From the NCBI RefSeq assembly GCF_041916015.1, contig NZ_JAYSAH010000019.1:353-64352 (forward strand): 64,000 nucleotides of DNA, written 5' to 3'. Both the position numbers and the translations under genes were made by a program. Below, piece by piece: positions 45,682 to 55,810 of this stretch. The stretch is from Sphingopyxis sp. GTDB taxonomy: Bacteria; Pseudomonadota; Alphaproteobacteria; Sphingomonadales; Sphingomonadaceae. Position 1 is the first letter of the stretch, and every line of letters starts with the position of its first letter. Below the pieces are notes generated by a model. It was not told the DNA's origin. It saw only the letters and a program-made list of their open reading frames with translations, and searched no databases.

Positions 45682-46722
45682 TTACTTACCCCCAACCGGA
45701 ACTTCGGTCATCTTGTCGCCGCGCGTCACGCGGACCACCGGGCCCTGCACGACAGGTGCTCCCATCCGCGCGGGCGATCCGCCGCCGGCATAAGCCTGCT
45801 GCGGCTGCGGTTGCTGCCGCGGAGCCGACACGCGGCCGCTCACGGGTATCCAGAAGCGCGAAACGTCGCCGCCCGTCGTTGCCGAACCCTTGCTCGCGGT
45901 CGGCCGCGCGGCGGCTTCGGCCAGCATCTTCTTTTCGGCTGCGGTGCCGCCGCCAGCGGGAACATTGACTGCACCCGACGCGATCGCGGCTTCCAGGTCG
46001 CCGCTGCTGTCCGCGAGCGGACGAAGCGAGAGCGACAGCTTGCCCATGTCCTGCGCAACGGCGATCTTTTCCGCGATCTCCGGCGTCGCCTCGAGCGTCA
46101 CGGTTCCGAAGGTGCGGACCGGCGTCTTGCCGGTTTCGTCTTCGGCGTCGTAGCGCTGGTCGGTCGCGAGCACGCGGACGTTGCGGACGATCGTTTCGGC
46201 GGTGTAGAGTTCGTCGTCGGGATAGGCACTGCCTTCCTTGACCGAAATCTTCTGCGCCAGAACCACATCGACGCGGTCGCCCGGAAAGACGAAGCCGGCG
46301 ACGCCCTGTTCCTGCGACACGCGTACCGTTACGGCGCGCATGCCCGGGCCGAGCGCCGCGGCGAGGAAGCCGCGGTCGTCGGGATGGACGAGCGCGCCCT
46401 GCGTCAGCGGCTGGCCCGCGGTGATCGGATAGCGCACGACCGTACCGACCAGATTCTGGACGTCGGTCTTGTCCTTCAGGAAATAGGCCTTTTCGACCAA
46501 TTCCTTCGGCCAGGGCTGAAAGCGGAAGCTGTCCGGGCCGATGATGGTCCCCGATGGCAGCTGCCGGGTTGCGACAAGGATCATCGGGCCGTTGATGTCC
46601 GGCGCAGCCGCTGCGCGAGCGGCCGGTGCCGACGAACCGCGCATCATCTGGTTGACCCCGAACGCCGCGCCGATGGCGATCACCAGCGCGCCGACGATCA
46701 GCATTATTTTTCGCGTATCCAC
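45682..46722 (-). CDS. cpaB: Flp pilus assembly protein CpaB/RcpC (SAF domain)
   Basis: LGPGMRAVT, GVAGFVFPGDRVDV, NVRVLATDQ, VTLEATP. Confidence 0.93.
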   Translation of the reverse strand: MDTRKIMLIVGALVIAIGAAFGVNQMMRGSSAPAARAAAAPDINGPMILVATRQLPSGTIIGPDSFRFQPWPKELVEKAYFLKDKTDVQNLVGTVVRYPITAGQPLTQGALVHPDDRGFLAAALGPGMRAVTVRVSQEQGVAGFVFPGDRVDVVLAQKISVKEGSAYPDDELYTAETIVRNVRVLATDQRYDAEDETGKTPVRTFGTVTLEATPEIAEKIAVAQDMGKLSLSLRPLADSSGDLEAAIASGAVNVPAGGGTAAEKKMLAEAAARPTASKGSATTGGDVSRFWIPVSGRVSAPRQQPQPQQAYAGGGSPARMGAPVVQGPVVRVTRGDKMTEVPVGGK

Positions 46723-46766
46723 GATTTTCGCCTCCTAACGCCAGCCAGAGGTGGTGGCGCTTGCCC

Positions 46767-47255
46767 TCAACTCGATGCGATAAACTGAAAGTGGTTAAGA
46801 TATTGTTGGTGAAGCGCCCAAAGCCCCGCAATTGCGATCGCGACCCCATAGGGAACCTCTATCGCCTTGTCGGAAGGGCGGATTTTCGACCGGACCAGCA
46901 TCACGGCGGACAGGATTCCGCCCCCGATCGCCATGATTGTCAGCGCCGGAACGATCAGCGGCAGCGGAATCCATAACATTACCGCGCCGATCATCTTCAC
47001 ATCGCCGCCGCCCATCGCGCCGATCGCGAAGAGGCCGGCGAAGAGCAGGAAGACCGCGAAAGCGGCGCCGAACTGCAGCGGAATATCGGGCCAGATCGAC
47101 CATCCCGCGGCGAACCAGAAAGGGATCGCGAGCAGCGCCATCGCGGCATTGAGTCCGTTGGAGATGGTGCGCGACCTGAGGTCGCTAACCGCCGCGGCGA
47201 TCATCAGCACGCCGAGCAGGGCCATCAGGCCAAGGGAGACAAAGCCGCTTTGCAT
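46767..47255 (-). CDS. cpaA: Prepilin peptidase CpaA/TadV (A24)
   Basis: SDLRSRTISN, MGGGDVK, VPYGVAIA. Confidence 0.9.
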   Translation of the reverse strand: MQSGFVSLGLMALLGVLMIAAAVSDLRSRTISNGLNAAMALLAIPFWFAAGWSIWPDIPLQFGAAFAVFLLFAGLFAIGAMGGGDVKMIGAVMLWIPLPLIVPALTIMAIGGGILSAVMLVRSKIRPSDKAIEVPYGVAIAIAGLWALHQQYLNHFQFIASS

Positions 47256-47349
47256 CGGCTTTCCTCTACGCAATATGGCTTACCAAAGAGTAACCATCTT
47301 CGCCGTGCAGCGGGTTGCATTCCCGCGTGCAGCCGATATGCGGCGGCGC

Positions 47350-48480
47350 ATGACCCACCTGCCGCCATCCTCTACCGACGTGCTGATCGTCGGCGCGGGT
47401 ATCGCAGGCGCCAGCCTGGCCGCCGCGCTGGCTCCCTATCGCCGGGTGCTGCTGGTCGAGGCCGAGGATGCGCCCGGCTATCATGCGACGGGACGGTCGG
47501 CGGCCTTCTGGCACGAAACCTATGGCGGGGCTGGGGTGCAGCCGCTGTCGGTCGCCTCCTTCGCGATGCTGAACGATCCGCCGCGCTTATTTTCGGATCG
47601 CGGGTTCCTGTCGCCGCGCACGGCGCTCAATCTCGCGCGGCGCGAGGATGCGGCGGCGGTGGATGCGTTCACTGCGCGTTTTGCGGCGCAGGGCGTCCCC
47701 GTCGAGCGGATGGCGGGCGCCGCGATTGAGCGCCTCGTTCCGGGCCTTCGGCCCGAGTGGAGCGAGGCCGCTTATGAGCCTGCGTGCAGCGACATCGACG
47801 TCGGCGCGCTGCACGCCGCCTATCTGCGCGCGGCGGCGCGCGGCGGTGCGGTACTCGCGACGCGCGCCCGGCTCGACGGTGCGCGGCGGACGGGTGCGGG
47901 GTGGGAGGTCCGGCTGGGCACCTCGGTGGTCCACGCCGACGCCATCGTCAACGCGGCGGGCGCCTGGGCGGATCGCGTCGCCGAAGCCTGCAGCGCCGCG
48001 CCGATCGGTATCAGGCCCTATCGCCGGACGGTGGCGCAGGTGCGGCTGGGCGTACCCATTCCCGCCAGCCTTCCGCTGGTCGTCCATCTCGGCGGCGATT
48101 TCTATTTCAAGGGCACGGGCGAGGGACGTATCTGGCTGAGCCCGCACGACGAGACGCCCTCTGAACCGTGCGACGCGGCGCCTGAGGAACTCGATGTCGC
48201 GCTCGCGATCGACCGCCTGCAGCAGGTCGTCGACTGGCCGGTCGCCGCGGTCGAGCGCAAATGGGCGGGGCTGAGAAGCTTCGCCCCTGATCGCCTGCCG
48301 GTGTTCGGCGCCGATCCGCATGCCGCCGGCTTTTACTGGTGCGCGGGGCAGGGCGGTTTCGGAATTCAAACCTCGCCCGCGATCGCAGGACTGCTCGCGG
48401 CGGAACTCGGCGCGCCTGCGCCGGACCGGGTGATCGCGGCGGTTGATGCTGCGCCCTTTGCGCCCTCGCGTTTCTTTTGA
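47350..48480 (+). CDS. FAD-dependent oxidoreductase (DAO/DadA-like family)
   Basis: VGAGIAGAS, HATGRSAA, NAAGAWAD, WAGLRSF, GQGGFGIQTSPA. Confidence 0.88.
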   Translation: MTHLPPSSTDVLIVGAGIAGASLAAALAPYRRVLLVEAEDAPGYHATGRSAAFWHETYGGAGVQPLSVASFAMLNDPPRLFSDRGFLSPRTALNLARREDAAAVDAFTARFAAQGVPVERMAGAAIERLVPGLRPEWSEAAYEPACSDIDVGALHAAYLRAAARGGAVLATRARLDGARRTGAGWEVRLGTSVVHADAIVNAAGAWADRVAEACSAAPIGIRPYRRTVAQVRLGVPIPASLPLVVHLGGDFYFKGTGEGRIWLSPHDETPSEPCDAAPEELDVALAIDRLQQVVDWPVAAVERKWAGLRSFAPDRLPVFGADPHAAGFYWCAGQGGFGIQTSPAIAGLLAAELGAPAPDRVIAAVDAAPFAPSRFF

Positions 48481-48569
48481 TCGTCTAGCGGCTTGCGCGG
48501 CGAAACGGGCGGATTACCATGAGCTTGGCCGCGCCATCCCCGGCGCGGCCTGACCTTGTGGAGGATGGC

Positions 48570-48746
48570 ATGGCCCATTATTTCGAGATCAAGAAGAACA
48601 AGAAGGGCGAATTTGTCGCCTATTTCAAATATAATAGCGAAACGATCTTCTGGACCGAGGGCTATAGCAGCAAGGCTTCCGCCAAGAACGCCATCGAGTC
48701 GATCAAGAAAAATGGTCCTCCGGCCGAAACGCGCGAAGCCGAATGA
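48570..48746 (+). CDS. DUF1508 (YegP-like) small protein
   Basis: FEIKKNKKGEF...NSETIFWTEGYSSKASAKNAIESIKKN; GGAGG RBS. Confidence 0.85.
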   Translation: MAHYFEIKKNKKGEFVAYFKYNSETIFWTEGYSSKASAKNAIESIKKNGPPAETREAE

Positions 48747-48764
48747 CGAATGAAGCGCGGGCGT

Positions 48765-49217
48765 TCAGCGCGCCCGCGCAACCTCCAGCGCCGCGTCGCT
48801 CGCGAGCTTGTCGGCCAGTTCATTGTCGCGGTGCCCGGCATGGCCCTTGACCCACAGCCATTCGATCGTGTGCCGTTTCGCCTCGGCGATCAGGCGCTGC
48901 CACAGATCGGCGTTGGCGACCGGCTTTTTCGCGGCGGTCTTCCAGCCGTTCCTCTGCCAGCCGTGGACCCATTTGGTGATGCCGTCACGGACATAGACGC
49001 TGTCGGTCGACAGTTCGACGTTGCACGACCGTTTCAGCGCCGCAAGCGCCTCGATCGCCGCCAGCAGTTCCATGCGGTTGTTCGTCGTGTCGGGCTCGCC
49101 GCCCGAAAGCGTTTTCACGACATCGCCCCAGCGCAGCACCGCGCCCCAGCCTCCGGGTCCGGGGTTGCCCTTGCACGCGCCGTCGGTGACGACGATCACC
49201 GTCCGTCCCTCGCTCAT
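48765..49217 (-). CDS. rnhA: Ribonuclease HI
   Basis: [42 protein letters not shown]. Confidence 0.97.
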   Translation of the reverse strand: MSEGRTVIVVTDGACKGNPGPGGWGAVLRWGDVVKTLSGGEPDTTNNRMELLAAIEALAALKRSCNVELSTDSVYVRDGITKWVHGWQRNGWKTAAKKPVANADLWQRLIAEAKRHTIEWLWVKGHAGHRDNELADKLASDAALEVARAR

Positions 49218-50176
49218 GCGGTCGTGAACAGGCTTGCAGCGTCGGCGGCCTGATAGCGGCGCAGGCGGTTGAGGAAGGGCGCCGGGTCCTTGCGCGTGAC
49301 GAGCGCGTCGGCGGGGGTATGTACCCAGTCGTGGGCGCGGGTCAGCAGGAAGCGCAGCGAGGCGCCGCGCGCGAGCAGCGGCAGCGCGGCGATTTCCTCG
49401 GGCAGCAGCGCTATTTCGCGGGCATAGCCGCGCATCAGCGCATGGGCGCGGTCGGCATCGCAGCGGCTGCCATCGGTCGAAAAGGCCCAGGAGGCATGGG
49501 TGACCGCGACATCATAGGCGCGATAGTCGGTCGCCGCGAAATAGAAATCGATCAATCCCGTCACCGTTTCGCCGAGCATCAGCACATTGTCGGGAAAAAG
49601 GTCGGCATGGATGACATGCGCGGGAAGATCGGCGGGCCAGTTCGCGTCGAGGAAGGCCAGTTCCGCATCGACGGCCGCCTGCAAGCCGGGAATCACCGTA
49701 TCGAGGTCGCCCGCCGCTTCGGCCACGCCGCGCCAGTAGCGACGCCCCATGCTGTTCTCACGCGCGCCGCTGAAATCGGCGACGGCGCGGTGCATTGTGC
49801 CGAGCGCCGCCCCGGCAGCTTGGCACTGGCCCGCCGTGGGCTTGGTCAGCGAGATGCCGGGCAGGAACTGGATGATGCAGGCGGCGCGGCCCGCGATCTG
49901 CTGGATGGCGGTGCCGTCGCGGTCGCGGATCATCGCGGGAACCGGGCAGCCCCTGGCCGCGAGGTGGCCGAGCAGATCGACGAAGAAAGGAAGGTCGCCC
50001 ACCTGAACGCGCTTTTCGTAGAGCGTCAGGATGAAGCGGCCGCCGGTCGTTTCGAGCAGGAAATTGCTGTTCTCGACCCCCTCGGCGATCCCCTTGCACG
50101 AGATCACCGTTCCGATGTCGTAGCGGGCGACGAGCCCGGCGAGGTCGTCGGGATCGACGTGCGTGTAAACGGCCAT
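49214..50176 (-). CDS. thrB: Homoserine kinase (type II)
   Basis: [40 protein letters not shown]. Confidence 0.95.
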   Translation of the reverse strand: MAVYTHVDPDDLAGLVARYDIGTVISCKGIAEGVENSNFLLETTGGRFILTLYEKRVQVGDLPFFVDLLGHLAARGCPVPAMIRDRDGTAIQQIAGRAACIIQFLPGISLTKPTAGQCQAAGAALGTMHRAVADFSGARENSMGRRYWRGVAEAAGDLDTVIPGLQAAVDAELAFLDANWPADLPAHVIHADLFPDNVLMLGETVTGLIDFYFAATDYRAYDVAVTHASWAFSTDGSRCDADRAHALMRGYAREIALLPEEIAALPLLARGASLRFLLTRAHDWVHTPADALVTRKDPAPFLNRLRRYQAADAASLFTTA

Positions 50177-51174
50177 TACGCGTTCGCCGGATCGAGCCCG
50201 CGCGGGAGCTTGAAGACCATATTTTCCTCGGCGGTTACGACGACATCCTCGACGATGCGCCGGTGCGCCGCGACTGCATCGATCACTTCGCGGACGAGCG
50301 TTTCGGGCGCGCTCGCGCCCGCGGTGACGCCGAGCGTGCCGATGTCGGCCAGCCAGGCGGGATCGATGTCGCTGCCGCGCTGGACGAGATGCGCGGGGGT
50401 ACCAAGCCGCTCGGCGACCTCGACAAGGCGCAGGCTGTTCGAGCTGTTCGGCGCGCCGATCACGATCATCCGGTCGCAGCCGCCGGCGATCGCCTTCACC
50501 GCATCCTGCCGGTTCGAGGTCGCATAGCAGATATCCTCGCCGCGCGGGCCCGCGATCGACGGGAAGCGATGCTGCAGCGCGGCGACAATATCGCGCGTGT
50601 CGTCGACCGACAGCGTCGTCTGGGTCAGGAAAGACAGCATGTCCGGGTCGGCGGGCGCGAGCCCTGTGACATCGTCGACCGATTCGACCAAGGTCATCGC
50701 GCCTTCGGGCAACTGGCCGAGCGTCCCGATCACCTCGGGATGGCCGGCATGGCCGATGAAGATGATGTGCCGCCCGCCCTCATGCGCGCGTTCGGCCTGG
50801 CGATGAACCTTCGACACCAGCGGGCAGGTCGCGTCGATATAGTCGAGCCCGCGCGCCTCGGCCTTGGCGGGGACCGCCTTGGGCACACCGTGCGCGCTGA
50901 ACACGACCGGAACGCCGTCGGGAACCTGATCGAGCGATTCGACGAAAATCGCGCCCTTGGCCTTCAGCGATTCCACGACATAGCGGTTGTGGACGATTTC
51001 GTGGCGGACATAGACCGGCGCGCCGAAACGGACGAGCGCCAGCTCGACGATGCGGATCGCGCGGTCGACCCCGGCGCAAAAGCCGCGCGGCGCCGCGATC
51101 AAAACCCTCAGTTCCGGGGCTTGTTCCGTGCTTTCGCCGCCTTCGGGGCGCGCCAGGACATGGGGTGCGTTCAT
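50176..51174 (-). CDS. ispH: 4-hydroxy-3-methylbut-2-enyl diphosphate reductase
   Basis: [44 protein letters not shown]. Confidence 0.97.
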   Translation of the reverse strand: MNAPHVLARPEGGESTEQAPELRVLIAAPRGFCAGVDRAIRIVELALVRFGAPVYVRHEIVHNRYVVESLKAKGAIFVESLDQVPDGVPVVFSAHGVPKAVPAKAEARGLDYIDATCPLVSKVHRQAERAHEGGRHIIFIGHAGHPEVIGTLGQLPEGAMTLVESVDDVTGLAPADPDMLSFLTQTTLSVDDTRDIVAALQHRFPSIAGPRGEDICYATSNRQDAVKAIAGGCDRMIVIGAPNSSNSLRLVEVAERLGTPAHLVQRGSDIDPAWLADIGTLGVTAGASAPETLVREVIDAVAAHRRIVEDVVVTAEENMVFKLPRGLDPANA

Positions 51175-51333
51175 GATGCGCGCGCTCTAGCGCAGCACGG
51201 CCTGTCGGGTAAAGCGGCTTCGTCCTGTTGCGCCTCGTTCATCGCACCGATAAGAAGCGGCGCGCATGGAGCTTCGAACAATCGGTTCGTCGAGCCTGCC
51301 CGAGATTTGGAAAGCCCGGTTTCTATGATGTTC

Positions 51334-51999
51334 ATGCCCTCTTCGCCCCGAAAGATCATCGCCGTGCTGTGCGGAACCGCGGCCATGGCGACGGCGGCCG
51401 GCTGCGCGAAGGACAATGACATCGACGTGTCGGGCGGCGGCGCGGGCATCACCGCGACGCGTAGCACCTGCCCCGCGGTCGCGGTTCCGGCCTATACCGG
51501 GGATATCACCCTTTTTGACCCCGCGGCGAGCCGCGATGCGCGCGCGATCGACGTGGTGGCGACAATCACCAACCTCACGCCGCAGTGCAACGATCAGGGC
51601 GAAAAAGTCTATCAGCTCGCCGATTTCGACGTGATGGCGACCCGCCGCGACGCCGGGCCTGCGCGCACGGTGACCTTGCCCTATTTCTCGACCGTCGTGC
51701 AGGGCGGCACCGCCGTCGTCGCGAAGCGGATCGGCCAGGTGACGGTGAGCTTTGCCGAAGGGCAGGTGCGCGGCACCGGGCACGGCCAGGCGTCGGCCTA
51801 TGTCGACCGCGCGGCGGCGACGTTGCCCGCCGACATTCAGGAGCGCATCACGCGCCGCCGCAAGGCGGGCGAGGAAGATGCCGCGATCGACCCGCTGAGC
51901 GTTCCCGAGGTCCGCGCCGCGGTGCAGCGCGCGAGCTTCGAACTGCTCGTCGGTTTCCAGCTCACGCAGGACCAGCTCGAATATAACGTCCGACGATAG
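51334..51999 (+). CDS. Hypothetical lipoprotein
   Basis: AAGC lipobox after a hydrophobic leader; conserved-looking CPAVAVP and ELLVGFQLT; host codon usage. Confidence 0.75.
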   Translation: MPSSPRKIIAVLCGTAAMATAAGCAKDNDIDVSGGGAGITATRSTCPAVAVPAYTGDITLFDPAASRDARAIDVVATITNLTPQCNDQGEKVYQLADFDVMATRRDAGPARTVTLPYFSTVVQGGTAVVAKRIGQVTVSFAEGQVRGTGHGQASAYVDRAAATLPADIQERITRRRKAGEEDAAIDPLSVPEVRAAVQRASFELLVGFQLTQDQLEYNVRR

Positions 52000-52147
52000 G
52001 ACGGGCGGCGGCGCAGTCGCGCCGTTCGCTTTCGCTTGTGCCCTGCCGCGCTGAGGCAGGGCTTTTCGCGTGCCTCTGGCTGGATTAGGGCGCTCGCGAT
52101 AGTTCCATATAGACGGATTGTTCCGTCAAACTGAGGATAGGCCCGCC

Positions 52148-53875
52148 GTGACCCTGTTCAGCCGTTTCTCCGATCATATCGACACCGCGCTCGATGCGCT
52201 CGTCGCCCGTGATGCGCTTCCCGCCGGGCTCGACCGTAGCCCGATCAGCGTCGAGCCGCCGCGCGATCCGTCGCACGGCGATGTCGCGACCAACGCCGCG
52301 ATGGTGCTCGCCAAGCCCGCGGGGACCAATCCGCGCGCGCTCGCCGAGCTGCTCGTCGCCGAACTCGGCGCGCTCGACGAGGTGACCGAGGCGAGCGTCG
52401 CGGGGCCGGGCTTCATCAATCTGCGGCTCGCCGATGATAGCTGGCGCGACGAACTGGCGCTGATCCACGCCGAGGGCGGCGATTACGGCCGCTCGGCGAT
52501 GGGCAAGGGGCTGCGCGTCAATGTCGAATATGTCTCGGCCAACCCGACCGGCCCGATGCACGTCGGCCATTGCCGCGGCGCGGTCGTCGGCGACGCGCTC
52601 GCCGCGCTGCTCGAATATGCGGGGCACAAGGTCATCCGCGAATATTATGTCAACGACGCGGGCGCGCAGGTCGACGTGCTCGCGCGCTCGGTGCACGTGC
52701 GCTACCGCGAGGCGCTGGGCGAGGAGATCGGCGCGATCCCCGAGGGGCTCTATCCCGGCGATTATCTGAAGCCCGTCGCCGAGAAGCTCGCGGCCGAATA
52801 TGGCGACCTTTATGTCGGCGCGCCCGAGAGCGCGTGGCTCGGCCTGTTCCGTGCCGAGGCGGTCAGCGCGATGATGGACATGATCCGCGCCGACCTCGCC
52901 AAGCTCGGCATCCACCACGACCTCTTCTCGTCGGAAGCCGAATTGCAGGCCGAGGGCAAGCCCGCCGCCGCCGAAAAGTGGCTGCGCGACCATGGCCTCG
53001 TCTATGATGGTCAGCTCGAGGCACCCAAAGGCGAGACTCCCGAGGATTGGGAGCCGGTCGAGTTGCCGCTGTTCCGCTCGACCGAATTCGGTGACGATCA
53101 GGACCGTCCGATCAAGAAGTCGGACGGCAGCTGGACCTATTTCGGGGCCGACCTTGCTTATCATTTCCAGAAAAGCCGGGACGCCGACGAACTCATTGAC
53201 ATCTGGGGCGCCGACCATGCGGGCACCGTCAAGCGGATCAAGGCGGCGGTCGCGGCGCTGACCGGTGGCAAGACGCGGTTCGACGTCAAGCTGGTCCAGA
53301 TGGTCCGGCTGCTCAAGAATGGCGAGCCGTTCAAGATGTCGAAGCGCGCGGGCAATTTCGTCACGCTCGCCGACATCGTCGACGAGGTCGGCAAGGATGC
53401 GGTGCGCTTCACGATGCTGACGCGCAAGGCCGACGCGCAGATGGACTTTGACTTCGCCAAGGTCGTCGAGGCGTCGCGCGACAATCCGGTCTTCTATGTC
53501 CAATATGCCCATGCGCGGATCGCGTCGCTGAAGCGCAAGCTCGCCGAGGCAGGCGTCGATGCGGCGGCTCCCGATACCGCACGGCTCGACGACTATGAGC
53601 TCGGGCTGGTCAAGCTGCTCGCGCAATTCCCGCGGATCGTCGAGGCTGCGGCGTCGGCGCGCGAGCCGCATCGCATCGCTTTCTTCCTCGGCGAGGTCGC
53701 TGCGGCGTTCCACGCGTGGTGGAACATGGGTAACGATCGCCCCGAGGCGCGTGTCATTTTGGCAAACGATCCCGAACTGACCGCGACGCGGCTTTATTTG
53801 GCCGACGGAATCGGGCAGGTTATCCGAAACGGGCTCCACCTGATGGGAGTGGAAGCCCTTGAGGAGATGAGCTGA
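52148..53875 (+). CDS. argS: Arginine--tRNA ligase
   Basis: EYVSANPTGPMHVGH (HIGH-like), REYYVND, WGADH, MSKRAG, QYAHARI. Confidence 0.98.
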   Translation: MTLFSRFSDHIDTALDALVARDALPAGLDRSPISVEPPRDPSHGDVATNAAMVLAKPAGTNPRALAELLVAELGALDEVTEASVAGPGFINLRLADDSWRDELALIHAEGGDYGRSAMGKGLRVNVEYVSANPTGPMHVGHCRGAVVGDALAALLEYAGHKVIREYYVNDAGAQVDVLARSVHVRYREALGEEIGAIPEGLYPGDYLKPVAEKLAAEYGDLYVGAPESAWLGLFRAEAVSAMMDMIRADLAKLGIHHDLFSSEAELQAEGKPAAAEKWLRDHGLVYDGQLEAPKGETPEDWEPVELPLFRSTEFGDDQDRPIKKSDGSWTYFGADLAYHFQKSRDADELIDIWGADHAGTVKRIKAAVAALTGGKTRFDVKLVQMVRLLKNGEPFKMSKRAGNFVTLADIVDEVGKDAVRFTMLTRKADAQMDFDFAKVVEASRDNPVFYVQYAHARIASLKRKLAEAGVDAAAPDTARLDDYELGLVKLLAQFPRIVEAAASAREPHRIAFFLGEVAAAFHAWWNMGNDRPEARVILANDPELTATRLYLADGIGQVIRNGLHLMGVEALEEMS

Positions 53876-54708
53876 TGGCGGGGAATGACGCGGATCAGGA
53901 CGGCGCTGGCCGGAATGAAGGGGGCCAGAACGACGGCGGCCAGAACGATGGCGGTTTGGGGCTGGAAGGCGAGGACCGGCTGCCCTGGCTCGAAGCCGCC
54001 GACGATTATGACGAGGATGGCGAGGTTTCGCCCGTCCGCCTGCTGGTGATGGTGCTCGGCGGCCTGCTGCTGATCGGCGCCGTGCTGGGCGGCCTCTGGT
54101 GGCTCCAGAACGGCGGTGCGCGCGGGCAAGGCGAACTTATCGCAGCGCAGAAAGGCAATTATAAGGTCGCCCCGAAGAGCGATGGCGCGAAGACGTTCGA
54201 GGGCGAGGGCGATGCGAGCTTCGCCGCGACCGAGGGCGCCGCGCCCGGTGGTAAGGTCGATCCGACGCGGATGCCCGAGGAGCCGGCGGTGACGCCGGCT
54301 GAGCGTGAAGCCGCCGCCAAGGCCGAAAAAGCCAAGGCGGATGGCGAGAAAGCGGCAGCGGCGAAGGCCGAAGCCGCGCGCATCGCGGCGGCCGACAAAG
54401 GCAAGCCCAAGCCGGCTGCGATGTCGGTCAAGACGGCCGAAGCCGGCGCGAAAGACGCTGCACCGGCGGGCGGAACGGGGATGATCCAGCTTGGAGCGTT
54501 CAGCAGCGAAGCCGCGGCGAGCAGCGCCTGGACGAACCTGTCGAAGCGCTTTCCCTATCTCGCGAGCCTCGGCAAGTCGGTGTCGCCCGCGAAGGCCGGC
54601 GACAAGACCGTCTATCGCTTGCGCGCCTCGGCGGGATCGGCCGCCAATGCCGCATCGCTGTGCGGAAAATTGCGCGTTGCGGGTGAAAATTGCGTCGTCG
54701 TCCGCTGA
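53875..54708 (+). CDS. SPOR-domain cell division protein (FtsN-like)
   Basis: DRLPWLE N-terminus, one TM, Ala/Lys-rich linker, IQLGAFSS...YRLR SPOR domain; follows argS. Confidence 0.85.
   Translation: MAGNDADQDGAGRNEGGQNDGGQNDGGLGLEGEDRLPWLEAADDYDEDGEVSPVRLLVMVLGGLLLIGAVLGGLWWLQNGGARGQGELIAAQKGNYKVAPKSDGAKTFEGEGDASFAATEGAAPGGKVDPTRMPEEPAVTPAEREAAAKAEKAKADGEKAAAAKAEAARIAAADKGKPKPAAMSVKTAEAGAKDAAPAGGTGMIQLGAFSSEAAASSAWTNLSKRFPYLASLGKSVSPAKAGDKTVYRLRASAGSAANAASLCGKLRVAGENCVVVR
53908..53952 (+). repeat. In-frame 15-bp tandem repeat, 3 units (GRNEG/GQNDG/GQNDG)
   Basis: GGCCGGAATGAAGGG, GGCCAGAACGACGGC, GGCCAGAACGATGGC. Confidence 0.75.
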
Positions 54709-54802
54709 TTCGGCCCGTTTGGCCGCACCGGACATTGGTTCGCCTCTTTCGCCGTGCCATGTTGGGTCCGAGGGGGCGCCGGCCTATGGAGGTTGACGCA
54801 CG

Positions 54803-55810
54803 ATGATACCCGCGATTTTCGGGCTTTCGGGCCTGACCCTGACCGATGACGAGCGCGCCTTTTTTCGCGACAGCGAGCCTGCGGGCTATATTCTCTTCGG
54901 TCGCAATATCGAGAACCGCGAGCAGTTGCGGCGTTTGACCGACGATCTGCGCAGCCTCGACGGGCGCACTAACCTGCCGATCCTGATCGATCAGGAAGGC
55001 GGCCGGGTCGCGCGGATGAAGGCGCCCGAATGGCCCGATTTCCCGAGTGGCGCGGCGTTCGATGCGCTCTATGAGCGCGCGCCCGCGAGCGCGATCGAGG
55101 CGGCGCGGCTCAACGCGATGGCGCTGGCGTCGATGCTTTCGGAAGTCGGGATCACCGTCGATTGCTTGCCGCTGCTCGACGTGCGCCAACCGGGCGCCAG
55201 CGACGTGATCGGCGACCGCGCGCTCGGCAGCGAGCCGATGCGCGTCGCCGCGCTCGGCCGCGCGATCCTGAGCGGGCTGCAAGATGGCGGCGTCGTCGGC
55301 GTCGTCAAGCATATCCCCGGCCATGGCCGCGCGATGCTGGACACGCACGAGGCGCTGCCGACGGTCACCGCCTCGGATCATGATCTGCAAAGCGATCTCG
55401 CCCCCTTCGCGGCGCTCCGCGACGCGGCGATGGCGATGACCTGCCATGTCATTTTCGACGTATGGGATGCCGAGCGCCCTGCGACGCTGTCGCCGGTGGT
55501 GATCGACAGCATCATCCGCCAGCGCGTCGGGTTCCACGGCCTGCTGATGACCGACGACCTCGACATGAAGGCACTGTCGGGCGATGTTCCGTCGCGCGCC
55601 GCCGATGCGATCGCCGCCGGGTGCGACATCGCGCTCAATTGCTGGGCAAAGATGGACGACATGATCGGGATCGCCAAGGCGCTCGATCCGATCAGCACGC
55701 TCTCTCTCGCACGGCTCGAAGGCGCGATGGACCGCATCGTCGGCGACTCCGATCCGCGGCAGTTTGCGGTGCTCGTCGATCAGCGCGACGCTCTGCTGGC
55801 GCTGACCTGA
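54803..55810 (+). CDS. nagZ: Beta-N-acetylhexosaminidase (GH3)
   Basis: LIDQEGGRVAR, KHIPGHG, DTH, MTDDLDMKAL. Confidence 0.95.
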   Translation: MIPAIFGLSGLTLTDDERAFFRDSEPAGYILFGRNIENREQLRRLTDDLRSLDGRTNLPILIDQEGGRVARMKAPEWPDFPSGAAFDALYERAPASAIEAARLNAMALASMLSEVGITVDCLPLLDVRQPGASDVIGDRALGSEPMRVAALGRAILSGLQDGGVVGVVKHIPGHGRAMLDTHEALPTVTASDHDLQSDLAPFAALRDAAMAMTCHVIFDVWDAERPATLSPVVIDSIIRQRVGFHGLLMTDDLDMKALSGDVPSRAADAIAAGCDIALNCWAKMDDMIGIAKALDPISTLSLARLEGAMDRIVGDSDPRQFAVLVDQRDALLALT

